Assembly (NCBI GenBank): GCA_964194675.1
Contig: CAXMND010000193.1
Location: 1 to 59,217, forward strand
DNA: 59,217 bases
Direction: 5' to 3'
Source: an uncultured Coxiellaceae bacterium
GTDB lineage: Bacteria > Myxococcota_A > Polyangia > Polyangiales > Houyiibacteriaceae
How positions within the stretch are numbered: the first letter of the stretch is position 1; each line of letters starts with the position of its first letter. The translations under genes were made by a program, and so were the position numbers. A model generated the notes under the pieces. That model made no database searches. It was not told the DNA's origin and saw only the letters and a list, made by a program, of their open reading frames with translations. Of the stretch, positions 1 to 8,288 are shown in pieces.

Positions 1-10
1 ACGCGTTGCG

Positions 11-1018
11 GTGATCGGCACCGGCGCAAGCGCAGTTCAGGTAGTGCCTTCCATTGCACCGAAAGTCGCTAAGCTGACGGTGTTTCAACGAACCGCCGCC
101 TGGGTCGTGCCCCAGTTCGACACGAAGTATTCGCCCCGCGCAAAGCGGCTCGCCGTGCGGTTTCCGTTTCTTCTTCGGCTAAGCCGGTTCTTGAAATATT
201 GGCTCAGCGAGATCCTCGGTCCTATCGTTTTTCTGGATTCGAAGGTCCTGTCGGCGATCGGCAGGCGGGTTTCGATGTGGAATCTGCGACGCCAAGTCAA
301 AGATCCCGAGCTCCGGAAGAAGCTCACGCCCAACTTTCAGTTCGGCTGCAAGCGCGTCCTCATATCGGACAACTACTGGGCCGCCCTCGAGCGCGACAAC
401 GTGGAGCTCGTCACCGAGCCCATCGAAGCCATTCAAAGCGAAGCTATTCGAACGAAGGACGGGACGACCCATCCGGTTGACGTGATCGTTCTTGCGACTG
501 GGTACTTGCTCGGCCTGGCTGCAGTGCCGTTTCGCGTACTTGGCCGCGGGGGGCGCTCATTGGCTGAAGCTTGGGCCAACGGCGCCGTGGCGTACAAGGG
601 CATGACCGTCTCGGGCTTTCCCAACTGGTTCATGATGATGGGCCCCAACACGGGGCCAGGTCACACATCGGTGCTCGTCTTCACCGAAGCGCAGATCGAA
701 CACGCGCTAGGGGCGGTTAAAAAGATGATCGCCGAGGACATCAAGTACTGCGACGTCCGCCAAGACGTCCAAGACCGGTACAACGAAGGGATTCAGGGCC
801 GGATGAAGCACATGGTCTGGGGGTCGGGCTGCCACAGTTGGTATTTGTCGGACGACGGAAGGAACCACTCGCTCTATCCGGGGTTCGCGGTCGAGTACAT
901 CATGCGAACCCGGCGCCTGAACCCAGCGGACTACGAGGTCGCCCTCTTCGAGGGCGAACGCGAAGTCGACGAACCCGACCGCGATTCGCTAGCCGAGCGC
1001 GCCGGTGCAACTCCGTAG
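11..1018 (+). CDS. Flavin-containing monooxygenase, Baeyer-Villiger type (5' truncated by window edge)
   Basis: Starts at the second Rossmann motif VIGTGASAVQ. Also has FQRT, GCKR, VLATG, FPNWFMMMGPN and GCHSWY, typical of the BVMO/EthA family. Confidence 0.9.
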   Translation: MIGTGASAVQVVPSIAPKVAKLTVFQRTAAWVVPQFDTKYSPRAKRLAVRFPFLLRLSRFLKYWLSEILGPIVFLDSKVLSAIGRRVSMWNLRRQVKDPELRKKLTPNFQFGCKRVLISDNYWAALERDNVELVTEPIEAIQSEAIRTKDGTTHPVDVIVLATGYLLGLAAVPFRVLGRGGRSLAEAWANGAVAYKGMTVSGFPNWFMMMGPNTGPGHTSVLVFTEAQIEHALGAVKKMIAEDIKYCDVRQDVQDRYNEGIQGRMKHMVWGSGCHSWYLSDDGRNHSLYPGFAVEYIMRTRRLNPADYEVALFEGEREVDEPDRDSLAERAGATP

Positions 1019-1059
1019 CCGCCTGTGGAGGCGACCCCCGGGAGCCGAACCTGCCGTCC

Positions 1060-2115
1060 TCACTCGTTCGGCGGGAGCCCGATGTTGAAGCCCCCCTCGC
1101 AAGGGATGTCGAACATCCGGATGCCGCCCTCGGGGTCCAGCTCCACCGGCACGTTATCCTCCGGGTACGCAGCGATCGTCAGGTCGGCATCGGTGTAGCC
1201 GAAAAGCACGCACATCTCCTCTTCGCCCTTGTTGCCCCAGTGGAGCTCGCGGTCGGTGGTGTTGTTGTAACCGCACTCGTACTTGATCTTCCCGGTACCG
1301 AGAGAGCTGATGGGGGGGTCGATCGTGTGGCCAAGGTGGTCGCCGACGTTGTCGAGCTCTAGAATCGTTGTCTCGCTCCCGTCGTCATGGACGAAGCTCA
1401 CCCTGAAGTAGTTGCCCCATTGGTGATAGTGGGCGAGCACATAGTGAAAGTTGAACGGTTTGGGGGCCCACTGACCGATATCGCAGGTCTGGATCATTCG
1501 GGACTGTCCCCCCGGAGGGATCACGATGTCGGTGTTCCGCAAGGTGAACAAGCGCAACTTGGTTTCAACCTCTTCTTCTTCGATCGCTTGAATCCCCATC
1601 GTAAGCGTGGTCTCGAGCTGAGACGCCGCAACGTTGAGGAGATGGGCGTTGCCAATGATCTTGCTCCGCGCGGGCACCACGAGTGCGGACCCTTCGGGGA
1701 ACGCCTGGACCTCTTCGGGGGACTGCGTCGACTGCGCGAAGATCACACCGCCCTCGATGCCCGCGGACACTTCCTCGAAACCGCGGTCCCGGCACTTCCA
1801 GAGCCCGTCTTCACCATACTGGTCGTCCGGGACGAAGAACCAGTTGGAGTGGTGCCAGCCGCCATCGTTGAATTGGCGGACCTTGGTGACGTAGAGCGGC
1901 TTGTCATTGTCGAGTGTCCAGCTCTGGCACCAATAGGCGTCCGCACCCGGGTCCACGACGACCGGGTCGAAGGTGTGCTCCAAAGTCGCGACGAAAGCCG
2001 ACGAGTCATCGCCCCCGGTCCCCGCCGAGCCATCACCCCCGGTCCCCGCCGAGCTCGAGCTCCCACAACCGACGACGACCAAAGCCGCCGCCACCAATAA
2101 ACCTATCGTGCGCAT
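1060..2115 (-). CDS. Lipoprotein with copper type II (PHM/DBH-like) monooxygenase domain, copy 1
   Basis: Lipobox VVGC and Gly/Ser linker. WHHSNW, GNAHLLN, AHYHQW and EEEMC match the spacing of PHM CuH (HH...H) and CuM (HxH...M) ligands. Confidence 0.7.
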   Translation of the reverse strand: MRTIGLLVAAALVVVGCGSSSSAGTGGDGSAGTGGDDSSAFVATLEHTFDPVVVDPGADAYWCQSWTLDNDKPLYVTKVRQFNDGGWHHSNWFFVPDDQYGEDGLWKCRDRGFEEVSAGIEGGVIFAQSTQSPEEVQAFPEGSALVVPARSKIIGNAHLLNVAASQLETTLTMGIQAIEEEEVETKLRLFTLRNTDIVIPPGGQSRMIQTCDIGQWAPKPFNFHYVLAHYHQWGNYFRVSFVHDDGSETTILELDNVGDHLGHTIDPPISSLGTGKIKYECGYNNTTDRELHWGNKGEEEMCVLFGYTDADLTIAAYPEDNVPVELDPEGGIRMFDIPCEGGFNIGLPPNE

Positions 2116-2186
2116 ATCGGCCGCAGAATCCCGCAGGAATCGATTCGCGGCAAGCCGAATCTCAGCGGCACTGGCAGGGCCAGAAG

Positions 2187-2238
2187 CAGTGCCAGCGTCG
2201 GTGCCAGCGCCAGTGTCAGTGCCAGTGTCAGTGCCACC
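2187..2238 (+). repeat. Intergenic degenerate hexamer repeat (GYGYCA)n
   Basis: cagtgccagcgtcggtgccagcgccagtgtcagtgccagtgtcagtgccacc, lying between the two paralogues. Confidence 0.85.
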
Positions 2239-2250
2239 GCCCCAGCGTCT

Positions 2251-3309
2251 CTAAAACCCGATCTGCAGGCCGCCTTCACAAGGTGGGTCGAACAGCATCA
2301 TGCCGCCCTCGGTCTCGCCTGTGAGCTCCGGGACGTTGCCCTCTGGGAACACGCCGATCTTTTTATCCGCATCGACGTAGGCAAGGAATTGGCACATTTC
2401 CTCCTCGCCGTTGTTGCCCCAGTGGAGCTCGCGGTCGGTGGTGTTGTTGTAACCACACTCGTACTTGAGGCGCCCCGCTCCTTGCGAGTTGAGAGGAGGG
2501 TCGATCGTGACGCCAAGCGCGTCGCCCGCGGTATTCTCGAGCTCGACGATCGGGCTCTCGTTGCCGTCGTCGTCGACGAAACTCAACTTGAAGTAGTCGC
2601 CCCACTGATGGAAGTGACCGAGCACGTAGTAGATGTTGTACGATTCGCCGACATGCTCGCTGATATCACAGGTCTGTGTCCAGCGTGACCGTCGCTGCGG
2701 GGGGATGGCGATCGCGTAATTGGCGAAGCTCACTTCGCGCAACTTGACCTCGACCTCTTCTTCTTCGAGCGACTGTAGGCCCATCGTCAGCGAGCTTTCG
2801 ATCGGGCCGGCAGCAACGTTGAGCAGGTGGACATTCCCGATGATCTTGCTGTGCGGTGGCACGACGACAGCCGTACCCTCCGGGAACGCTTGGACCTCTT
2901 CGAAGGTCTGGGTCGACTGAGCGAAGATCACACCGCCGTATATCGCCGCTGCCACCTCGTCGAAATCGCGGTCACGACACTTCCACGTCCCGTCTTCGCC
3001 GAACTGTTCCTCGGGAACGAAGAACCAGTTGGAGTGGTGCCAACCGCCATTGTTGACCTGCCGCACCTTGTTGACGTAGAGCGTTTCATCGTTCCCGATC
3101 GTCCAGCTCTGGCACCAATACTCTTCGGCCCCGGACTCGACCGGGATGGGATCGAAGGCGTGCTCCAAAGTCGCGACGAAAGGCGATGTGTCGCCGCCGC
3201 TCCCGCCCGAGCCATCACCCCCGGCCCCCGCCGTGCCGGCGCCCGAGCTCGTGTCCCCACAACCAGCGACGACCAAAGCCGCCGCGACCAATAAGACTAT
3301 TCTATGCAT
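2251..3309 (-). CDS. Lipoprotein with copper type II (PHM/DBH-like) monooxygenase domain, copy 2
   Basis: Tandem paralogue of 1060-2115. Start chosen at MHRIVLLVAAALVVAGC (lipobox). Same WHHSNW, GNVHLLN, GHFHQW and EEEMC motifs. Confidence 0.7.
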   Translation of the reverse strand: MHRIVLLVAAALVVAGCGDTSSGAGTAGAGGDGSGGSGGDTSPFVATLEHAFDPIPVESGAEEYWCQSWTIGNDETLYVNKVRQVNNGGWHHSNWFFVPEEQFGEDGTWKCRDRDFDEVAAAIYGGVIFAQSTQTFEEVQAFPEGTAVVVPPHSKIIGNVHLLNVAAGPIESSLTMGLQSLEEEEVEVKLREVSFANYAIAIPPQRRSRWTQTCDISEHVGESYNIYYVLGHFHQWGDYFKLSFVDDDGNESPIVELENTAGDALGVTIDPPLNSQGAGRLKYECGYNNTTDRELHWGNNGEEEMCQFLAYVDADKKIGVFPEGNVPELTGETEGGMMLFDPPCEGGLQIGF

Positions 3310-3436
3310 ATGGGCGGGCAGGGTTTGCCGTATGCTGGTCCGTGTCAAACCGAAGGTTAGCCAGGGCAAATCAGTAGTCATTTCAATAATTTATCGCAGC
3401 GTTGGGCTCCGGATCGCGTCCCGGTCCACGACCCAC

Positions 3437-3453
3437 TGTGAGTAAAGCTCACA
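3437..3453. promoter_or_regulatory. Candidate palindromic regulator site TGTGAG-taaag-CTCACA
   Basis: Perfect 6-bp inverted repeat upstream of the copper monooxygenase pair. CRP-like half-sites but with an N7 spacer. Confidence 0.35.
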
Positions 3454-3458
3454 TTAGA

Positions 3459-3515
3459 GCTGGCGCTTTCACTGACGCTGACACTGGCGCTGTCGCCGTC
3501 GCTGACGCTGACCCC
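3459..3515 (-). repeat. Intergenic hexamer repeat block (TGRCRC on + strand)
   Basis: gctggcgctttcactgacgctgacactggcgctgtcgccgtcgctgacgctgacc, in reverse orientation to the 2187 block. Confidence 0.8.
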
Positions 3516-3519
3516 GGGG

Positions 3520-3745
3520 CTATTCCTCTGCCTGCTTGCGCAGGACCTCCAGCTCCTTGGACGAAGAACCTTCCGGCAACTGCATAGGCTCGGGGGATTC
3601 CCCGGCAGGGTCCGCCGTGTGCTCCGGGACGACCGCCCCTACGTCCGGGGCCGAGGAAGGCGCCTCACCCTCCACTTCTTCCTTCGGTGCAGCGGGCTGA
3701 CAAGCCAACGGCGAGAGCGACGAGACCGAGCAGCAAACGATTCAT
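3520..3745 (-). pseudogene. Small acidic lipoprotein with a one-base frameshift at the lipobox (or a sequencing error)
   Basis: ATG at 3745 reads MNRLLLGLVALAVG. One extra base separates it from CQPAAPKEEVEG... in the 3520-3708 frame; the span is 226 nt (3n+1). Confidence 0.6.
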
Positions 3746-3783
3746 GGCGCGACTACCAAGGGAAGTCAGGAGGCGGTCAACCT

Positions 3784-3878
3784 GGTGCTGACACTGGCGC
3801 TGGCCCCGGCGCTGTCGGCTGGCGCGGACACCGGCGCTGTCGCTGGCACCGACCCTGTCGCTGGCGCTGGCGCTACTG
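3784..3878 (-). repeat. Intergenic hexamer repeat block (TGRCRC on + strand)
   Basis: ggtgctgacactggcgctggccccggcgctgtcggctggcgcggacaccggcgctgtcgctggcaccgaccctgtcgctggcgctggcgct. Confidence 0.8.
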
Positions 3879-3916
3879 GAGGACCGCGTGGATTCGCTGT
3901 GGTAGGGAGAACTAGT

Positions 3917-4972
3917 GTGTTCCGGAAGTCGACTGACCTCGCGTTCGCGCTTCTAGTTTTGTGCCTGGTGGTCTCCGTGGCTGCCGAGGCCACAGTTGGG
4001 CCCCTCGGACCGGCACCGCGTGACGTGGACGGCCGCTTCGAGAATCTGATCGGCGAGCTTTCGCACGGCAGCTTGGCTGTCCGCTTTCCCTTCTTCTTGA
4101 GACGGATCGCCGGTTCCTTCCGCGACCGCCCGGGCGCACCCGAACGAATCGCCAACGACGGCGCGTTGCTCCGAGAGAACGCCGAACACAGCACGCCCAC
4201 GGTGACCTGGATCGGCCATTCGACGATGCTCGTACAGATGGATAGCGTCACTTTTCTCACCGACCCGATCTGGTCGGACACGCCAAGTCCTGTTTCTTTC
4301 GCAGGGCCACGACGCTTCGTCCCTCCTGGGGTGGCGATGCAGGACTTGCCGCCGATCGACTTCGTCGTGGTCTCCCACAATCACTACGACCATCTCGATC
4401 TTCCGACACTGGTCGCCTTGGCTGAGCGAAACCCGGAAACGCGCTTCTTTGTCCCTCTCGAGAACGGCGAGCTGCTCCGCGACAACGGGATCGACAACGT
4501 GGATGAGCTCGACTGGGGCGGCTCGATCGAATACGCGAGCGTACGCGTGCACTGTCTTCCTGCCCAACACTGGAGCAGGCGGGGGTTGGGCGACTATCGA
4601 AAGGCACTCTGGTCGTCGTGGGCGGTCGTCGGACCGGAGCGACGCTTTTTCTTCGCGGGCGACACGGGCTACTTTGACGGTTTCGCGACGATTGCGGAGG
4701 CGTTGGGGCCCTTCGACCTCGCGGCACTGCCGATCGGCGCGTACGAGCCGCTGGCGATGATGAATAAATCGCACATGAATCCGGAGGAGGCGGTCCAAGC
4801 CGCAATCGACCTGAGGACCCAAAACGCGGTGGCGATGCACTACGGCACCTTCGATCTCTCCGACGAGCCACTCGAAGATCCGCCGCGGCGCTTCCGCAAG
4901 GCGACGGAGGCGAGCCCCCTCGGCAAGAACAGAGGCTGGCTACTCCGCATCGGCGAGACCCGCAAGTTCTAA
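3917..4972 (+). CDS. MBL-fold metallo-hydrolase, NAPE-PLD/RomA-like, exported
   Basis: TWIGHST, TDPIWS, SHNHYDHLD, PAQHWSRR, FAGDTGY, PIGAYEP and MHYGTFDL motifs. GTG start follows AGGGAG; N-terminal hydrophobic signal. Confidence 0.9.
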   Translation: MFRKSTDLAFALLVLCLVVSVAAEATVGPLGPAPRDVDGRFENLIGELSHGSLAVRFPFFLRRIAGSFRDRPGAPERIANDGALLRENAEHSTPTVTWIGHSTMLVQMDSVTFLTDPIWSDTPSPVSFAGPRRFVPPGVAMQDLPPIDFVVVSHNHYDHLDLPTLVALAERNPETRFFVPLENGELLRDNGIDNVDELDWGGSIEYASVRVHCLPAQHWSRRGLGDYRKALWSSWAVVGPERRFFFAGDTGYFDGFATIAEALGPFDLAALPIGAYEPLAMMNKSHMNPEEAVQAAIDLRTQNAVAMHYGTFDLSDEPLEDPPRRFRKATEASPLGKNRGWLLRIGETRKF

Positions 4973-4994
4973 TTGCTGGCCGGTAGGAACGCGT

Positions 4995-6077
4995 CTACCC
5001 CTTCGCATATTCGGAAACGAATGCGGCGATCTTCTCCAGTGCTTCGTTTGCTTCCGGCAATGTGTCGGCAAATGCATGCCAGACATGGAGCATCCCCGGC
5101 CAAGTCTGGAGCCGTGCATCCGAGCCCTGACCTCGAGCCTTGTTGACCCAACGACGCCCATCATCCGCCAGCATCTCCGAGTCACTCACCTGCACGAGCG
5201 TCGGAGGTAGTCGCGATAGATCCCCGAAGATCGGCGAGATCAGTGGGTTTGTTGGGCGCATGCGCGCGGCAAACACCGTAAACAACAAAATGAGTGTGCG
5301 AGGAAGATTCGCTAGTTTGCCGAACGTCGGGCCCAACATCAGGTCAGTGTCGACGTTGTTGCGCATGCTGGGTGACGAGCTCGTACCATCGGAGGGCGGC
5401 GACAGCGCGACTGCGGCATCGACCTGCCTGAGGCCCTCGTCTCGAATCCAGGCGATCAACATCAAGGTAAGATTGCCACCCGCCGAATCACCGGCAACGA
5501 AGAGCTCGCCTGGCGCACCGGGTCCTTCGGGCCCGTTATCGAGGATCCAGCGGTACGCACTTTGGCAATCGAGTATCCCAGCGATCCGGGGATTCTCGGG
5601 CATCAAGCGATAGTCGATCGCCAGTACAGCCACGCCCGCCAGTTTGCTGAGGCGCGCGGTAATAGGGCGATGACTTCGAGGGCTTCCGGCGGCGAACGCC
5701 CCTCCGTGCAAGTACAGAAGTCGTCGAGACGCGTCGGCATTGGGCGCGATCACCCACTCCGCGGGTATGCCCCCGGCATCGGCGTCACTGATCGCAACGC
5801 CAAGCCCGTCGGCAGACATCGCAGCACCTGGGATTCCACGATCGAGCACTTCGCGCATCTGCGCGACCCTTCCGCGAAAGGAAGTTGAATTCACCCCCTT
5901 CTGCATTTGCCGAAGTAGTCGCCTCGCTTCTTCGTTCTCTCGGCTGACTCGATCGAGCGAGGTACCGCGTTCCCCGGCCGGAGAATCGTACTGAGATAGA
6001 TCGGGGCCGCGCAGGAGTAGGCCGATAGCAAACCAAAGGACTACGAGACCGCCGATGATCGAAACGAGGATTTCCAT
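4995..6077 (-). CDS. Alpha/beta hydrolase, HSL-family esterase/lipase with N-terminal membrane anchor
   Basis: YLHGGAF, DYRLMPE, GDSAGG nucleophile motif and catalytic His in MLHVW. Confidence 0.9.
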   Translation of the reverse strand: MEILVSIIGGLVVLWFAIGLLLRGPDLSQYDSPAGERGTSLDRVSRENEEARRLLRQMQKGVNSTSFRGRVAQMREVLDRGIPGAAMSADGLGVAISDADAGGIPAEWVIAPNADASRRLLYLHGGAFAAGSPRSHRPITARLSKLAGVAVLAIDYRLMPENPRIAGILDCQSAYRWILDNGPEGPGAPGELFVAGDSAGGNLTLMLIAWIRDEGLRQVDAAVALSPPSDGTSSSPSMRNNVDTDLMLGPTFGKLANLPRTLILLFTVFAARMRPTNPLISPIFGDLSRLPPTLVQVSDSEMLADDGRRWVNKARGQGSDARLQTWPGMLHVWHAFADTLPEANEALEKIAAFVSEYAKG

Positions 6078-6163
6078 TTGAGATTACCAGTTGGAGTACC
6101 GTGCGGTGCTCGAAGCGTCCACCCAATCGCCGAATGGCTCAAACGCGACTCCAAGGTACGCTG

Positions 6164-6769
6164 TTATGAAAGCCCTATCCCCGACTGAAGCAGCTGGGTT
6201 GCCGCGAGGGCGAGCTTTCTTGCGTCCTCTGACGACAGTGATGCCACGCGCGGGTGGCCATCGACGATCATTCTCGCGAGGCCGTGGGTGAGGGCTTCGC
6301 TGGTCAGCGCGATCAGTTCCGGATCGGCTTCCGGGATGAGGCCGGCGTTCTGGCCCTCGTAGATGAGCGCGATCAACTTCAGGCGGCGCTCATCTTTGAG
6401 GTCGCCCAGAAATCGGCCTCCGACCGACCCGTGACTGTGGATCAAATCGAAAAGGGTCGGATGCTCGGCTGCGAATCGTACGTACGCGACGGTCATCGCG
6501 CGGAACTGGGTGAGTGCGTCGGCGCACTGTGCTGTCGCCTCATCGAGCTTTCGGTCGAGCTCGGCGACAGCCCGCTCGGCCACGGTGTCGAGTAGAACCT
6601 GCTTGTCTGAGAAGTGCCGGAAGGGCGCTGCAGACGAAACACCCGCCTCCCGCGCAAGCGCCCGCATGCTGACGGCGTCGGGGCCTTGGGAATCGACCAG
6701 GCGAAAAGCAGCCTCGACGAGCACCTCGCGGAGATTTCCGTGGTGATAGGCTTTGCGTGCCGCGGTCAC
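6164..6769 (-). CDS. TetR/AcrR family transcriptional regulator
   Basis: YHHGNLREVLVEAA...SMRALAREAGVSSAAPFRHF helix-turn-helix. Confidence 0.92.
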   Translation of the reverse strand: MTAARKAYHHGNLREVLVEAAFRLVDSQGPDAVSMRALAREAGVSSAAPFRHFSDKQVLLDTVAERAVAELDRKLDEATAQCADALTQFRAMTVAYVRFAAEHPTLFDLIHSHGSVGGRFLGDLKDERRLKLIALIYEGQNAGLIPEADPELIALTSEALTHGLARMIVDGHPRVASLSSEDARKLALAATQLLQSGIGLS

Positions 6770-6789
6770 GGGCCCGATTCTACCAGAAT

Positions 6790-6873
6790 ATGTTACCGCT
6801 GCTTACTTTCCTTGGACATCCAATGTTAGCGGCGCTTACATCTGCTACCTAAATATGTTATCAACGCTTACAT
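6790..6873. promoter_or_regulatory. Three 19-bp semi-palindromic operators, consensus ATGTTANC-N3-GCTTACAT
   Basis: ATGTTACCGCTGCTTACTT (6790), ATGTTAGCGGCGCTTACAT (6823) and ATGTTATCAACGCTTACAT (6855), directly upstream of the TetR gene. Confidence 0.8.
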
Positions 6874-6919
6874 CTGGAACGAGCTGCCTGTCGTGCCTCT
6901 GCTCGCGGCTAAGCCGAAC

Positions 6920-7219
6920 CTAACGACAGACGTTGAGCGAGAAGTCGCACTTGTAGTCGTAGGGGCAGTCCTTCTTCGCCTTGCAGGGCAGCATCTCGCA
7001 GACGCCACTTTCCTCATTACAAAAATAGGGTGGCGAGCAGCTGTGCAGACGACACGCGATCACTGTCCTAGACCGAGGCGGGCGCTCTGTCTCTTCGCCG
7101 CTCGACGGCTCGGCGGTGCTCGTATCCTGGGCGCCCTTGGAGCTTGCGCAGCCCACGATGAGAAACGCGAGAAGAAACCCGATCGTCACAGTCCCTTGGC
7201 CTGCTCGAATGCCGTCCAT
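6920..7219 (-). CDS. Small Cys-rich lipoprotein
   Basis: Hydrophobic FLLAFLIVGC lipobox; C-terminal 8 Cys in two similar four-Cys units. Start uncertain. Confidence 0.65.
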   Translation of the reverse strand: MDGIRAGQGTVTIGFLLAFLIVGCASSKGAQDTSTAEPSSGEETERPPRSRTVIACRLHSCSPPYFCNEESGVCEMLPCKAKKDCPYDYKCDFSLNVCR

Positions 7220-7383
7220 AAACGAAAGATGATAGGTTTCTCGCATGGCGGCAAAGCACATTCTCGTCGGCGCCGACTTCTCCGAGCAATCCAAGCGCGG
7301 GACCGCGGCGGTGGGTGAATATGCAAAGGTAAATGACAGCAAGGTGACTTCAAGGGGCGGCGTTAGCCTGATACGCTTGCAGC

Positions 7384-8253
7384 ATGGGGAGTAAGCGGGT
7401 CTGGTCGATCCTCGGGAACTCACAACGTCTCGATGGCGGTGCGATGTTTGGCAACGTTCCGCGCGCGATGTGGGCACAGTGGATCGAGCCAGATGAGCGA
7501 AACCGGATCCCGTTGGCCTGCCGCGCGATGCTCGTCGAAGAGGGGGACCGGCTCATCTTGTTCGAAACGGGCATCGGCGCTTTCTTCCCCCCGCAGCTAC
7601 GTGATCGCTACGGAGTACAGGAAGAGCGCCACGTCTTGCTGGAGAGCCTCGAGGCCGCTGGGTTTTCGCACGGCGACGTCGATGTGGTCGTCCTGTCCCA
7701 TCTTCACTTCGACCATGCAGGGGGGCTCCTGAGCCGATACCAGCCCGAAGAGCCGATGCACCTTCTGTTTCCGAGGGCCACCTACATCGTGAGCTGGGAT
7801 GCTTGGCAGCGCGCTCGGCATCCGCACCTCCGCGGTCGCCGTTCGTTCATCCCCGAGCTTCCGGCCCTGCTCGAAGAGAGCGGACGACTCGAAGTGGTGA
7901 AGGGAAATAGGTCCGACGTGTTGGGGGGCGCGTACAAACTGTGGCTCTCCAATGGACACACGCCGGGGTTGATGTTGACGGAGCTCCCGAGCGATGACGG
8001 CCCGGTAGTCTACGCCGCCGACCTAATCCCCGGACGCGCGTGGATGCACCTGCCGATCACCATGGGATACGACCGTTACCCGGAGCAGTTGGTCGACGAG
8101 AAATCCGAGCTCCTCGGGCGGCTGGTCGAACAACGAGGCCGGATCTTCTTCACCCACGACCACGAGATCGCCCTCGGACGCGTTGCGAAAGACGCAAAAG
8201 GCCGCTTTTTCGTGCAGGAAAGCTGGGCGGAGCTGCAGGGCGCGCCTCTTTGA
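7384..8253 (+). CDS. MBL-fold metallo-hydrolase, YtnP-like
   Basis: [33 protein letters not shown] and FTHD motifs. Confidence 0.9.
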   Translation: MGSKRVWSILGNSQRLDGGAMFGNVPRAMWAQWIEPDERNRIPLACRAMLVEEGDRLILFETGIGAFFPPQLRDRYGVQEERHVLLESLEAAGFSHGDVDVVVLSHLHFDHAGGLLSRYQPEEPMHLLFPRATYIVSWDAWQRARHPHLRGRRSFIPELPALLEESGRLEVVKGNRSDVLGGAYKLWLSNGHTPGLMLTELPSDDGPVVYAADLIPGRAWMHLPITMGYDRYPEQLVDEKSELLGRLVEQRGRIFFTHDHEIALGRVAKDAKGRFFVQESWAELQGAPL

Positions 8254-8288
8254 TCCGTATGGTAAGCTAGGTGTCTTAGGAGGTCGTC

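Noticed and set aside
2187-3878. Repeat blocks as a CRISPR array
   Set aside because: They are degenerate 6-bp units with no constant repeat/unique spacer pattern, and no cas genes are present.
3785-3916. N-terminal extension of the MBL hydrolase in the ORF track
   Set aside because: It is read-through of the hexamer repeat; the RBS and signal peptide support GTG 3917.
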